Sequence record: SRR20825019_1726 | Strand: one strand, 5' to 3' | Length of the DNA: 55,932 nt | Shown: positions 38,889 to 48,298 of the stretch, piece by piece | Layout: the number at the start of each line of letters is the position of its first letter | Numbering within the stretch: position 1 is the stretch's first letter | Translations under genes and position numbers: made by a program | The notes under the pieces: model-generated | What the model saw: only the letters and a program-made list of their open reading frames with translations | The model's database searches: none | Told to the model about the DNA's origin: nothing

Positions 38889-39707
38889 CTATTCGTTTAA
38901 GGCAGCAGGTTGCATGCCAGGCCGAAGGAAGGAGCGCGCGGGTGTTTGCTCCAAAATCATCACCTTGAGGGCGCTATTAAGTTTTTCTGCCTTATCCTGA
39001 TGGCGAGGGTTCAGCGCATGGAAGAAAGATACAGTTGTCCATAAGGCACGATTGACCGCGTCTTCCTTCGACCTCAAGTGGTCTATAATGGCCGCTTCGT
39101 GCAAGCCGCTTGTGGCGAACACATCAATACGCCCGCGCGCGAGCAGCTCCCATGTTTGTGCCGTGCTTGAAACGGCGAAGGGGTGAGCGCCCATTTGCGG
39201 CAAGTGGCTCTCAAGCCAACGAAACCCGGCCTGATACCCAACCTTCAGGCCGCGAAGGTCTTCCGGTTTGCCGGAAAATGCGGTGCGGTCCAGCCAGATA
39301 AGCCGCGCTTCAAGCCCGAACAGGGGTTGAGGCAGACTGATGAGCTTGTCGGACATGCTGGCGACATAGTCACCAGGGCGGAACCAGTCGCCGTCCAACT
39401 CTCCGCGAATGAGCAACTGTTCGATACGCTTGGGGTCCATCGCAACAGATTTGGCGCAGTAACCAGCCCGGTTATAAAGGTCTTGGAAAAAGGCATCGAA
39501 AGCAGCAAAGGCGTCGCCAAGACTTTCGTCTGCGCCGAGCCGCATGCATTGGGAAGGCGAGGTTGTTTCAGGCGCTGCCTGAAGCAGCGCCGGGCTACAG
39601 CACAGTAAGAACAGGGCAAAAAGGCAGCGGGCGAGCTCGCAAGCCAAGCTATGCGCCAGGTTGCGGGCCATATCTCGGGCCAAGCTGTGGACACTTGTGG
39701 TGATCAT
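38889..39707 (-). CDS. Orphan periplasmic solute-binding protein (family 3-like); start uncertain (39707 or 39671)
   Basis: Signal-like segment, R...L..GELDG, DLRGLKVG, L.RGRID. Confidence 0.75.
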   Translation of the reverse strand: MITTSVHSLARDMARNLAHSLACELARCLFALFLLCCSPALLQAAPETTSPSQCMRLGADESLGDAFAAFDAFFQDLYNRAGYCAKSVAMDPKRIEQLLIRGELDGDWFRPGDYVASMSDKLISLPQPLFGLEARLIWLDRTAFSGKPEDLRGLKVGYQAGFRWLESHLPQMGAHPFAVSSTAQTWELLARGRIDVFATSGLHEAAIIDHLRSKEDAVNRALWTTVSFFHALNPRHQDKAEKLNSALKVMILEQTPARSFLRPGMQPAALNE

Positions 39708-39753
39708 GTATCCAATCCAAACCTCGGCCCCCAATCGCATGCCTTTTGGTTTG

Positions 39754-40659
39754 TCAGGCTTTACGGGTCTCCGTTCTCAGCCAGTCAATAAACTCTTGTA
39801 CACGCTCATTCTTAAGTTTTTCTGTCGGGCAGACAATATAATGCGCGAAATTGATCGGCACCGCCTCGCCAAAGGGCTTGATGAGCCGCCCGGCCTTGAG
39901 GTCTTCTTCCGCGATGGCGGAACGTGCGAGCGCGACACCGCGGCCCGCAACAGCCGCTTCAATTGCCAGCGCATGATTGTTGAAGTGCAGTGCCGGCATG
40001 CCGTCTGGCATCACCACGCCTGCTGCCTTCAACCACATGGCCCATGTAGGCACACTGTCGTCCTCGACCGTGCTGTCGTCATGAATCAATGTGTGCTTGA
40101 GCACCGCGCAGGCACTGTCTGTCAGGTTGTCTTCATTGATGATGCCGGGCGCACATACGGGGAACACTGTCTCGCGCAGGATTTCTTCTTCAAACATGCC
40201 ATTATAGCCACCAAGGCCGTAACGAATGGCGATATCAACATCCTCAGCCTTGAAGTCAGTGAGGTGCATGGTGGCTGAAATTTTCACGATCGCATCCGGT
40301 CGGCGTTCATAAAATGAGGCCAGCCGGGGTACCAGCCATTTGCTGGCAAAAGACGGCGAAACGCTGACCTTGAGAACATTGGATGTTTTCGATTCGGTCA
40401 AGATATCGACCGCTTCTTCCATCTTCTCAAATGCTTCCTTAAGCGGCATCAGCGATAGCTGCGCAGCTTCGGTAAGCACGAGCGAGCGGTTGGTGCGTCG
40501 GAACAATTCAATGCCGAGAAACTCTTCAAGTGAGCGGATCTGCTGGCTAATGGCCGCAGGCGTTACCGAGAGATCATCAGCGGCTAATTTGAAGCTCATA
40601 TGACGTGCGGCCGCATCAAAGGCACGGAGCGCATTCAAGGGCAACAGGGAGCGTTTCAT
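39754..40659 (-). CDS. LysR regulator, GcvA/AmpR subfamily
   Basis: PLNALRAFDAAARH.SF..AA..L.VTPAAISQQIR.LE, KWL.PRL..F, D.AIRYG. Confidence 0.93.
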   Translation of the reverse strand: MKRSLLPLNALRAFDAAARHMSFKLAADDLSVTPAAISQQIRSLEEFLGIELFRRTNRSLVLTEAAQLSLMPLKEAFEKMEEAVDILTESKTSNVLKVSVSPSFASKWLVPRLASFYERRPDAIVKISATMHLTDFKAEDVDIAIRYGLGGYNGMFEEEILRETVFPVCAPGIINEDNLTDSACAVLKHTLIHDDSTVEDDSVPTWAMWLKAAGVVMPDGMPALHFNNHALAIEAAVAGRGVALARSAIAEEDLKAGRLIKPFGEAVPINFAHYIVCPTEKLKNERVQEFIDWLRTETRKA

Positions 40660-40773
40660 AGACTATCCTGCGTTAGAAAATCTTACTCAGCGCATCATAG
40701 GCACTTGTGGGCGGGACGCCAAGAAAATCTTGTGAGTTTTGCTGAGATGAGAGCGCCGGGGCACTCTCAGGGT

Positions 40774-41526
40774 TCATGATTTGGACAGGATACGGTTGTT
40801 CTCGCTTATGGACAGATGAATACCGCATTCGGTTTTGGCCTGACCGCGCCAACGGCCCGCCCGCTCGCTCTCACCTTCTTCAATCCGATCGGTGCATGGC
40901 ATACAGCCGATGGACGCAAAACCGTCCGCCACCAGCGGGTGGTCGGGCAGGCCAGCACGCGCTTTATAGTCAAGCACGTCATCTTTGGTCCAGAAAGCAA
41001 GCGGGTTCACTTTTACCCGGCCGTCTGAGGCTTCAAAGTGCGGCAGCAGGCTGCGCACACCACCCTGATAGCGTTTGCGGCCGGATGCCCAGCCTTCAAA
41101 GCCTTCAAGCACGCGCGCCATGGGCGCAACCTTGCGAATGAAGCAGCATTTATTGGTGCTTTGTGACCAAAGAATGCCTTTGGGGTCATGTGCTTGCAGG
41201 TCGTTCTGGTCTGGCGTGATGGAGCGTACGTCGGTGAGACCCAGAAGGTTTGCCAACTCGTCCCGGTAACGTTTGGTTTCACCAAACAGCTTGCCGGTAT
41301 CCAGAAACAATACCGGGATGTCTTTTGAGACTTGGCTCGCGATATGCAAAAGCACCGCTGATTCCGACCCAAAAGACGACACCAGCGCAAACCGGCGGCC
41401 GAAATATTTGAGCGCTCCGTCAATCACCTCTTCAGGCGCCACGTTTGCGTAGCGCGCGTCAAGGTAATCAACAGCATCGAGCGGGTCAAAATAGTCGGCT
41501 GTCTTGAGGGCGGTTGCAGCGGTCAT
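40774..41526 (-). CDS. cysH: APS/PAPS reductase, Fe-S type
   Basis: SSFG.ESAVLLH, DTGKLF, CC..RKV.P, SIGCMPC, ECGIH. Confidence 0.95.
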   Translation of the reverse strand: MTAATALKTADYFDPLDAVDYLDARYANVAPEEVIDGALKYFGRRFALVSSFGSESAVLLHIASQVSKDIPVLFLDTGKLFGETKRYRDELANLLGLTDVRSITPDQNDLQAHDPKGILWSQSTNKCCFIRKVAPMARVLEGFEGWASGRKRYQGGVRSLLPHFEASDGRVKVNPLAFWTKDDVLDYKARAGLPDHPLVADGFASIGCMPCTDRIEEGESERAGRWRGQAKTECGIHLSISENNRILSKS

Positions 41527-42047
41527 GATGCTTTACGCTCCTCATCTTCTTGAGCTGCTGATTTGCTGTGCCGCATGTGGGCCACGGAAAGCTCGCCACC
41601 AAAATCGCTTTGGTAAAATGCGTCAAACCTCTCAAGTGCTTTTTCAAACGCCACCTTACGCTCGTCGCTTACATCCAGTGTGTCGAAGCCTGCTCGTTTG
41701 AGGAACAGGGCCTGATCCGGGATCACCGGGCCTGTTGCACGAATTTCACCTTTGAAGCCAAGGTCTTTGCGTAGGCGAACGGCCAGCGAAAAACCGCGCC
41801 CATCACCAAAAGCAGGGAAGTCGATCACAACAAACGCGAGCTTGTTGGCGAGCGGGGCGAGGCTTGTGTACGCGATGTCTGTAGAGACGATCACCCCGAC
41901 CTTGCCAGCGCTTGCGAAGAAGTCTTCGTCCTCGCTCTCAATACGTTTGAGCGGGATGGCAACGCTTGCGCCTTCCTCAGGTGCGGTATCGTCAGCCAGG
42001 TTTTCCCATAGGCCGGGCTCAATACCTGTAAGATTAATTAGCGCCAT
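41523..42047 (-). CDS. DUF934 family protein
   Basis: FPAFGDGRGFSLA..LR..G..GEIRA.G...DQ....R.GFD; start placed at ATG 42047. Confidence 0.9.
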   Translation of the reverse strand: MALINLTGIEPGLWENLADDTAPEEGASVAIPLKRIESEDEDFFASAGKVGVIVSTDIAYTSLAPLANKLAFVVIDFPAFGDGRGFSLAVRLRKDLGFKGEIRATGPVIPDQALFLKRAGFDTLDVSDERKVAFEKALERFDAFYQSDFGGELSVAHMRHSKSAAQEDEERKAS

Positions 42048-43689
42048 AAACCGCCTCCTTGAATACTGCGGGGCCAACGCGGCGATAGGTGGCGAGAAAC
42101 TCTTCGCCTTCGGTGCGCTCACCCAGATAAACCGCCACGACCTTCTCAACTGCGTCCACAATGCCCTCTTCATTGAAGCCGGGGCCGAGGATGGCTGCTC
42201 TCGACGCGTCTTCTGCGCCAGAGCCACCAAGAAGCAGCTGATAATTTTCCTCACCCTTACGGTCGACACCAAGGATGCCGATATGGCCCGCATGGTGGTG
42301 ACCACAGGAGTTGATGCAGCCGGAGATCTTGATCTTCAGCGGTCCGATGTCCTGCAGGCGCTTGATATCGTCAAAACGCTTGGTGATGGTTTGCGCAAGC
42401 GGGATAGACCGCGCATTCGCGAGCGAGCAATAGTCAAGCCCGGGGCACGCGATGATATCGGTCAACAGGCCCACGTTCGCAGCACCAAGGCCGGCCTCGT
42501 CCAGATCTGTCCAGATGGCAGGCAGGTCTTTTTTGGCCACATGCGGCAGGATCAGGTTCTGTTCATGGCTCACACGAATTTCAGACTGGCTGTATTCGTC
42601 CGCGAGTGCTGCCACCATTTTCATCTGCTCTGACGTCGCATCACCGGGGATACCACCGTGCGGTTTCAGGCTGATGGTCACATTCACATGCCCTGGCACC
42701 TTGTGCGGGTTTGTGTTGTTTTTGAGCCAAGCCGCGAAGATGAAGTTCTTGCGCGCAAGCTCTTCTACTGCGGGCACCTCGTCAGCCAGCACAGGCAGCG
42801 GTGGTGGCGCGAAGAAAGCACGGATGCGGGCAACTTCTTCCTCAGGCACGTCAATGGGTTGGTCTTTGATACGCGCCCATTCCTCATTGGTTTGGCGGGC
42901 GTATTCTTCTGCGCCCAAATCTTCCACAAGAATTTTGATGCGGGCTTTGTATTTATTGTCGCGGCGGCCCTGCTCGTTATAAACGCGCAGGATGGCTTCA
43001 AGGTAGCTGAGGATGTCAGCTTCCGCGACAAAGTCGTTGATGGTTTTGCCAATAACCGGCGTGCGGCCCATGCCGCCACCCACCAGCACTTCAAAGCCGA
43101 TTTCGCCCTTGTCGTTTTTCTTCACCACCAGCCCGATGTCGTGCCATTTCACGGCCGCACGATCATGATCAGCGCCGGTGATGGCGATCTTGAATTTGCG
43201 CGGCAGGAACGAGAACTCAGGGTGAAAGCTCGACCACTGGCGGATAAGCTCTGCGTACGGGCGTGGGTCTGCAACTTCGTCAGCCGTGGCGCCCGCGAAC
43301 TGGTCGGTTGTCACGTTGCGGATACAGTTGCCTGATGTCTGGATGGCGTGCATCTCAACATCAGCCAATTCCTGCAGAATGTCCGGCGTTTCAGATAGCT
43401 TTGGCCAGTTATACTGGATGTTCTGGCGCGTGGTGAAGTGGCCGTAACCCTTGTCGTATTTGTCGGCGATGAGGGCAAGGCGGCGCATCTGGTCAGCAGA
43501 CAGCGTGCCGTAAGGGATAGCGACCCGGAGCATATAGGCATGCAGTTGCAGATAAAGGCCGTTCATCAGGCGAAGCGGGCGGAACTCTTCTTCCGTCAAC
43601 TCACCCTTCACGCGGCGCTCTACCTGGTCGCGGAACTCCGCAACGCGGGCGTCGACTATCGCGCGGTCATATGTGTCGTAAGCGTACAT
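42034..43689 (-). CDS. cysI: Sulfite reductase hemoprotein
   Basis: RLMNGLYLQLHAYMLR, TTRQN, LPRKFK, CPGLDYC, SGCINSC. Confidence 0.95.
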   Translation of the reverse strand: MYAYDTYDRAIVDARVAEFRDQVERRVKGELTEEEFRPLRLMNGLYLQLHAYMLRVAIPYGTLSADQMRRLALIADKYDKGYGHFTTRQNIQYNWPKLSETPDILQELADVEMHAIQTSGNCIRNVTTDQFAGATADEVADPRPYAELIRQWSSFHPEFSFLPRKFKIAITGADHDRAAVKWHDIGLVVKKNDKGEIGFEVLVGGGMGRTPVIGKTINDFVAEADILSYLEAILRVYNEQGRRDNKYKARIKILVEDLGAEEYARQTNEEWARIKDQPIDVPEEEVARIRAFFAPPPLPVLADEVPAVEELARKNFIFAAWLKNNTNPHKVPGHVNVTISLKPHGGIPGDATSEQMKMVAALADEYSQSEIRVSHEQNLILPHVAKKDLPAIWTDLDEAGLGAANVGLLTDIIACPGLDYCSLANARSIPLAQTITKRFDDIKRLQDIGPLKIKISGCINSCGHHHAGHIGILGVDRKGEENYQLLLGGSGAEDASRAAILGPGFNEEGIVDAVEKVVAVYLGERTEGEEFLATYRRVGPAVFKEAVYGAN

Positions 43690-43746
43690 GGTTTGGATGC
43701 CTTCTTAATCGTCTTGCTTATCGTTTGGCTGTTCGTTTGGTTTTTC

Positions 43747-44070
43747 TTAGCGTTCCCAGTCCGGGGAAACCTGATAACCGAGGTCGGTGCGCACACTCGG
43801 GCCCGTTGCCTGCATGGCGAACTTCATGTGCGCAGGGAAGGGTTTGCCGTCCCGTTCCGTTGCTTCAACGACTTCAATGCTCAGCACATGGTTGGATGCG
43901 GCTGATTTTTGTGCGAGCGCTTCAAGCGCCTCAACGCTTGCCTCATCCGCTGCTGTGGCGGCGTCGCCCGCAAGCGCAGACCAGCTACCGTCGGCGCGCA
44001 TGAAAACAACGCGCCCGTCAAGCAGGAGGTTTGCGACAATCATCTGCGGCCCTGTAATTTTTTTAGCCAT
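43747..44070 (-). CDS. DUF2849 family protein
   Basis: ANLLLDG.VV....G.W and GPS; usual position before cysI. Confidence 0.88.
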   Translation of the reverse strand: MAKKITGPQMIVANLLLDGRVVFMRADGSWSALAGDAATAADEASVEALEALAQKSAASNHVLSIEVVEATERDGKPFPAHMKFAMQATGPSVRTDLGYQVSPDWER

Positions 44071-44089
44071 ACTTTGGTACTCCCTAAAC

Positions 44090-45508
44090 TCAGGCTGTAG
44101 CGCTCAGGCGCTCAGTTTCTTTCTCGGCCCACGCAAGATCGGCGGCGTTTTTCACAACATCACCAATCAACAAAAGCGCCGGGCTTTTCACATCATTTTT
44201 GGCAACAAGCTCAGCGAGGCCTTCAAGCGTGCCGTAAAAACGGCGCTCGTTTGCCCGTGTGCCGTTTTCAACTACAGCAACAGGGGTGGAGGCCTTAACG
44301 CCTTCACCAATCAAACCGCTTGAGATTAGGCCAGCGCCGCGCACACCCATGTAAACGGCGAGAGTCTGACCGCCGCCCGCAAGGCGCGCCCAGTCTTTAT
44401 AGGAACCGTCCTTAAGGTGGCCGGTCACCAACGTGATGGAGCTTGAATATTCTCGGTCTGTCAGCGGGATCTGGGTGGTGGCGGCAATGCCCTGGAAGGC
44501 ACTGATGCCGGGCACCACTTCAATATGGATGTCATGGGCGCGCAGGGCGGCCAGTTCTTCACCCGCACGCGCGAAAAGAAGCGGGTCACCGCCCTTGAGG
44601 CGCACAACACGGCGGCCCTTAAGCGCTTCTTCAACGATCAGCTTATTGATACCATCCTGCCCAATGCCGTGGTCGCCTTCACGTTTGCCAACAAACACCA
44701 GCTCGGCATCGCGGCGCGCAAGCGCCAGCACGTCTCGGCTCACCAGCCGATCATATACGATTACGTCTGCTTGTTGCAGCGCGCGGTGTGCCTTGATGGT
44801 AAGTAAGTCCGGGTCGCCGGGGCCTGCGCCCACAAGCTGTACCTGGCCAGTTGTTGCACCCACACGGTGGCTTCTCGCAGCATCAACAATCAGGCGTTCA
44901 ACATCTTCCTGCGTCAGGTCTGCATATTGGCCAGCATTGTCATAGAGCCGATCCCAAAAAAGCCTGCGACGGGTCGCGTCCGGTATGAGGGACTTGACGC
45001 GTAAACGGACGGCACCCGCCGCAGAGGCAAGCACACCAAGAGAAGGGGGCAGAAGTTTCTCAAGGCTGCTACGAAGGCGGCGTACAAATACCGGTGCCAT
45101 GCCGCCGGAGGAAAAGGCAACTTGCAGCGCACCGCGCGAGAACTGCGCGGGCGTTGTAAAGGTGGATTTAAGCGGCTTGTCGACCACATTCACCGGCAGC
45201 TTGCGAGCTTCGGTCAGGCGCAGCACGCGCTCTTCCGCCAGCTCGTCATCAAGCGCAATGTAAACCAGTGTTTTGCCGGTGAGGTCGTCTTCCGTGAAGG
45301 CACGGTCGTGCACAATAACTGTGCTCGCGCCGGTATCTTCAGGCAGCAGGCCAGCGTCCTTGAGCGCCGCTTGCGCGCCAGCGCCGACAACGCTGATGCG
45401 TGCGCCAGTGGGGGTGAAAAGACCAACCTTCGCCATAGCAGCAGCGGTGGTGCCTACAATCAGGATGTGGTGCTTCTCGCTGGTGAGAAAAACCGGAATG
45501 CTGCTCAT
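44090..45508 (-). CDS. cysG: Siroheme synthase
   Basis: N-terminal dehydrogenase/ferrochelatase (NVVDKP), then VGAGPGDPDLLT, RLKGGDP, VPGIS. Confidence 0.95.
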   Translation of the reverse strand: MSSIPVFLTSEKHHILIVGTTAAAMAKVGLFTPTGARISVVGAGAQAALKDAGLLPEDTGASTVIVHDRAFTEDDLTGKTLVYIALDDELAEERVLRLTEARKLPVNVVDKPLKSTFTTPAQFSRGALQVAFSSGGMAPVFVRRLRSSLEKLLPPSLGVLASAAGAVRLRVKSLIPDATRRRLFWDRLYDNAGQYADLTQEDVERLIVDAARSHRVGATTGQVQLVGAGPGDPDLLTIKAHRALQQADVIVYDRLVSRDVLALARRDAELVFVGKREGDHGIGQDGINKLIVEEALKGRRVVRLKGGDPLLFARAGEELAALRAHDIHIEVVPGISAFQGIAATTQIPLTDREYSSSITLVTGHLKDGSYKDWARLAGGGQTLAVYMGVRGAGLISSGLIGEGVKASTPVAVVENGTRANERRFYGTLEGLAELVAKNDVKSPALLLIGDVVKNAADLAWAEKETERLSATA

Positions 45509-45965
45509 GATCTTCACTCCTCGCTCAACACTTGCCCGCTTGGCGGTTCAAGGTCTGTGGTGTCCCGGGCTCCGCCACGGCAACACTTTGTAAAATAAAC
45601 TATCCGATGGTTCTTCAGATAAGGGCGCAGTGCCATATCCACAAACGAGAAGAACTGAATCTCTCGGGTAGAAAATTTTACCTCATAATGGCTGTTATTT
45701 CGACATAAAAGAAATAAAATGCTAATTTATAACAATAATAGAACTGAAATACTGTCATTATTATGTGTCGTGGAATGGCTGTTGCCTTTTGAGCTGAGGC
45801 TTGAAAAGCCAATCCTTATCGTGCGTCGCGTAGTTTCTCTAATCTGGTGTGGGTGGTGGTGTTTTGGTGCTGGGCTTGAGCAAAAAAATGCCCGACAAAG
45901 AGGTTCCTGTGTGGCTTTTTGGCGTGTATGCATGAAGCGAATGCGGGGAGGTACGGGGCAGTTTT

Positions 45966-46694
45966 ATGACACATGCAGTGATGACAGACGTTCCGCTCAT
46001 AGACGGGTGGCGAGCCTATATGGCAGGTGAATTCACCTCAGACTACATGCACAAGCTTGCCGCATTTCTGGATGCTGAAGAGCGCGCGGGCAAAACCATC
46101 TTCCCACCACGTGAAAATTATTTCCACGCCCTTAACCTCACCCCGCCTGATGCGGTGAAGGTTGTGATCATTGGGCAGGACCCATATCACGGCGCGGGGC
46201 AGGCGCATGGGCTCAGTTTTTCCGTGCAGCCGGGTGTGGATGTGCCGCCGTCTCTCAGAAATATGTACAAGGAGCTTGAGGATGACCTTGGGGTGACGCA
46301 CCCTGGACATGGTTTCCTTGAAGGGTGGGCGCTGGAGGGCGTGCTGATGCTGAATGCGGTGTTAAGCGTCGAAGCCCATAAGGCAGGCTCCCACCAGAAA
46401 AAGGGGTGGGAGAAGTTTACCGACCGTATCATTGAGGTGCTCAACAGCCAGCGGGACGGCCTTGTGTTCATCCTGTGGGGTGGGCATGCCCAGAAAAAAG
46501 GCGCGGGCATTGACCGCAGTCGCCATCTGGTGCTTGAAGGGCCACACCCGTCGCCACTGTCGTCCTATCGTGGTTTTTTTAGCTGCAAGCATTTCTCAAA
46601 GGCAAATGCCTACCTTGAAAGCCAGGGCAAAAAGCCGGTCAACTGGCAGCTTACGGCGGTAGAGGCCAAGGGCGAACAACTTGACCTCTTGTGA
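45966..46694 (+). CDS. ung: Uracil-DNA glycosylase family 1
   Basis: GQDPYH, GLSFS, PPSL.N, LLN-like MLN, HPSPLS. Confidence 0.97.
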   Translation: MTHAVMTDVPLIDGWRAYMAGEFTSDYMHKLAAFLDAEERAGKTIFPPRENYFHALNLTPPDAVKVVIIGQDPYHGAGQAHGLSFSVQPGVDVPPSLRNMYKELEDDLGVTHPGHGFLEGWALEGVLMLNAVLSVEAHKAGSHQKKGWEKFTDRIIEVLNSQRDGLVFILWGGHAQKKGAGIDRSRHLVLEGPHPSPLSSYRGFFSCKHFSKANAYLESQGKKPVNWQLTAVEAKGEQLDLL

Positions 46695-46696
46695 GC

Positions 46697-48109
46697 TTAA
46701 GGCGTGACCACACCGTAGGTGGAGGTGAGCTGGATCTCAATGCCGCCGCCGCGTGGTCTTGTGGCGGATGTGGCGACCGTGAAAGTATTCCGGGTCACAA
46801 CCGTCGGCAGCGCGCCGTCTACTGAGGCTTCCCACTGGTGCGTGCCGCCGCCTAAATTCATCAAGACCCCGCCCACAGCTTGCAGACCCGGTACAAATGA
46901 AAGCCGCCCGGCGTTATTCACCACAATGATGTTGTTGGGGATTTGAAGCGCGTTGAGGTTATCGTTGATACGTGCGTTAGGCTTGTTAACCCAAGGGCGG
47001 GTCCAGTTCAGATTAGCCCCCATCCACGCGTTGACGGCAGGAATAGGGCTTGTAAGAACAAGGCCGATGTTCTCCTGTATCTGCACCTCGTGGTTTTCCC
47101 ACGCACTGTCTTTGATGTCTTCATGAAACTGGTCCTGAAGCTCATAAACAATGCGGCTGGAGAATAGCGAGATATTGCCCGGATTAGCGTTAAGCCACGG
47201 TGTTGTCACGGTTCTTACCGGCCGTGTTTGCCATGCGGGCGGCGCTTCGGCGTGCACGGGGGCTGTGATATTGAGCGGTGTGTGCACGTCAATCGACATG
47301 CCGGAATCTGTCACCCGCGCCGCCAAGTGGTGGGCATCTTTGTTGGCCACAGGGGTTAGAGTTTGCTGCGATGTGAAGGTGGTGTTGAGCGCGTTTGGCG
47401 TCGCGATTGTTGATGTGCCGTCATACTGCCAAGTGGGGTTAAAACCCGCCGGTGCCCATGTGCTGGTGGCGCTGACGGTAGAATCGATCAGCAGCTTCCG
47501 GTTCACGCTGAAGTTGGTGCCGTGGCCTTTCTCGACCGAGATGGTGCCGCGGGCGTCAACCACCGTGCCCTGCGCACCGGGGCCGCAGATATGCTGGTCC
47601 TGGGCGTTGCGGTAGTCATACTCGAAGCCAAAATCGTTCCGGCCACCACTAACATGGGTGCCTTCCATCACGAAAGTGACGGGGGTGTTGTAAACCTGAT
47701 TGAACCCAAACGCCCGGCCCGGCGCACCGGCTGCATTAACACTATAGGCGCGTACGCGTTTGTTGGCGCCTTTGCCGACAGCTGAGGTGCCTCCGCGCAC
47801 CAGCACAGGCTCCCCGATAAACACCTTGGCAGCGCCCGGGTGGTTGAAGGTGAAGGTGCGCAGATTGTCTTCGTTTGCAGGCAACCGAGCCTGATTAAAG
47901 TCAGCACCGCCGCGACCGTCATCATCGTCATTATTGAGGGAGACAATGAACAAAACCGGGTTACACCTTGGTGTGACCGCTGTGATATCCCGGCTATAAA
48001 GATTGCTGGTTTCAACGCAGGCACTAAGCTGGCAGGCGGCGACAAGAAGCGCCACGCGCCGGATTAAAATTGATGGTTTCCTGACTGATTTTGAATGTGT
48101 GACACCCAT
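46697..48109 (-). CDS. Hypothetical lipoprotein
   Basis: Lipobox LSAC, acidic NNDDDDG...D loop, Thr/Asn-rich composition. Confidence 0.75.
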   Translation of the reverse strand: MGVTHSKSVRKPSILIRRVALLVAACQLSACVETSNLYSRDITAVTPRCNPVLFIVSLNNDDDDGRGGADFNQARLPANEDNLRTFTFNHPGAAKVFIGEPVLVRGGTSAVGKGANKRVRAYSVNAAGAPGRAFGFNQVYNTPVTFVMEGTHVSGGRNDFGFEYDYRNAQDQHICGPGAQGTVVDARGTISVEKGHGTNFSVNRKLLIDSTVSATSTWAPAGFNPTWQYDGTSTIATPNALNTTFTSQQTLTPVANKDAHHLAARVTDSGMSIDVHTPLNITAPVHAEAPPAWQTRPVRTVTTPWLNANPGNISLFSSRIVYELQDQFHEDIKDSAWENHEVQIQENIGLVLTSPIPAVNAWMGANLNWTRPWVNKPNARINDNLNALQIPNNIIVVNNAGRLSFVPGLQAVGGVLMNLGGGTHQWEASVDGALPTVVTRNTFTVATSATRPRGGGIEIQLTSTYGVVTP

Positions 48110-48228
48110 ACCCCTTCCCCTCGGTTTGATCTCTCACTGTCCATGAAAGTACACCCATAAGGCGTAGTTTACGGCCTATGATTAATTTAGGTGTGGCATA
48201 GAGGGCAAAATGTGTGGCGGAAAACAGC

Positions 48229-48252
48229 AAAAAGGGCGGTGAAAACCGCCCT
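48229..48252 (-). terminator. Intrinsic terminator after the M20 peptidase
   Basis: agggcggt-gaaa-accgccct with U run on the minus strand. Confidence 0.8.
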
Positions 48253-48298
48253 CAGTGCGTCGCTTGTGTGGCGCCCGGTGTGGCTTGGGCGTGGCGCT

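Noticed and set aside
40774-45508. cys operon lacking cysJ and cysDN as a novelty
   Set aside because: cysG-DUF2849-cysI-DUF934-cysH without cysJ is a usual alphaproteobacterial arrangement.
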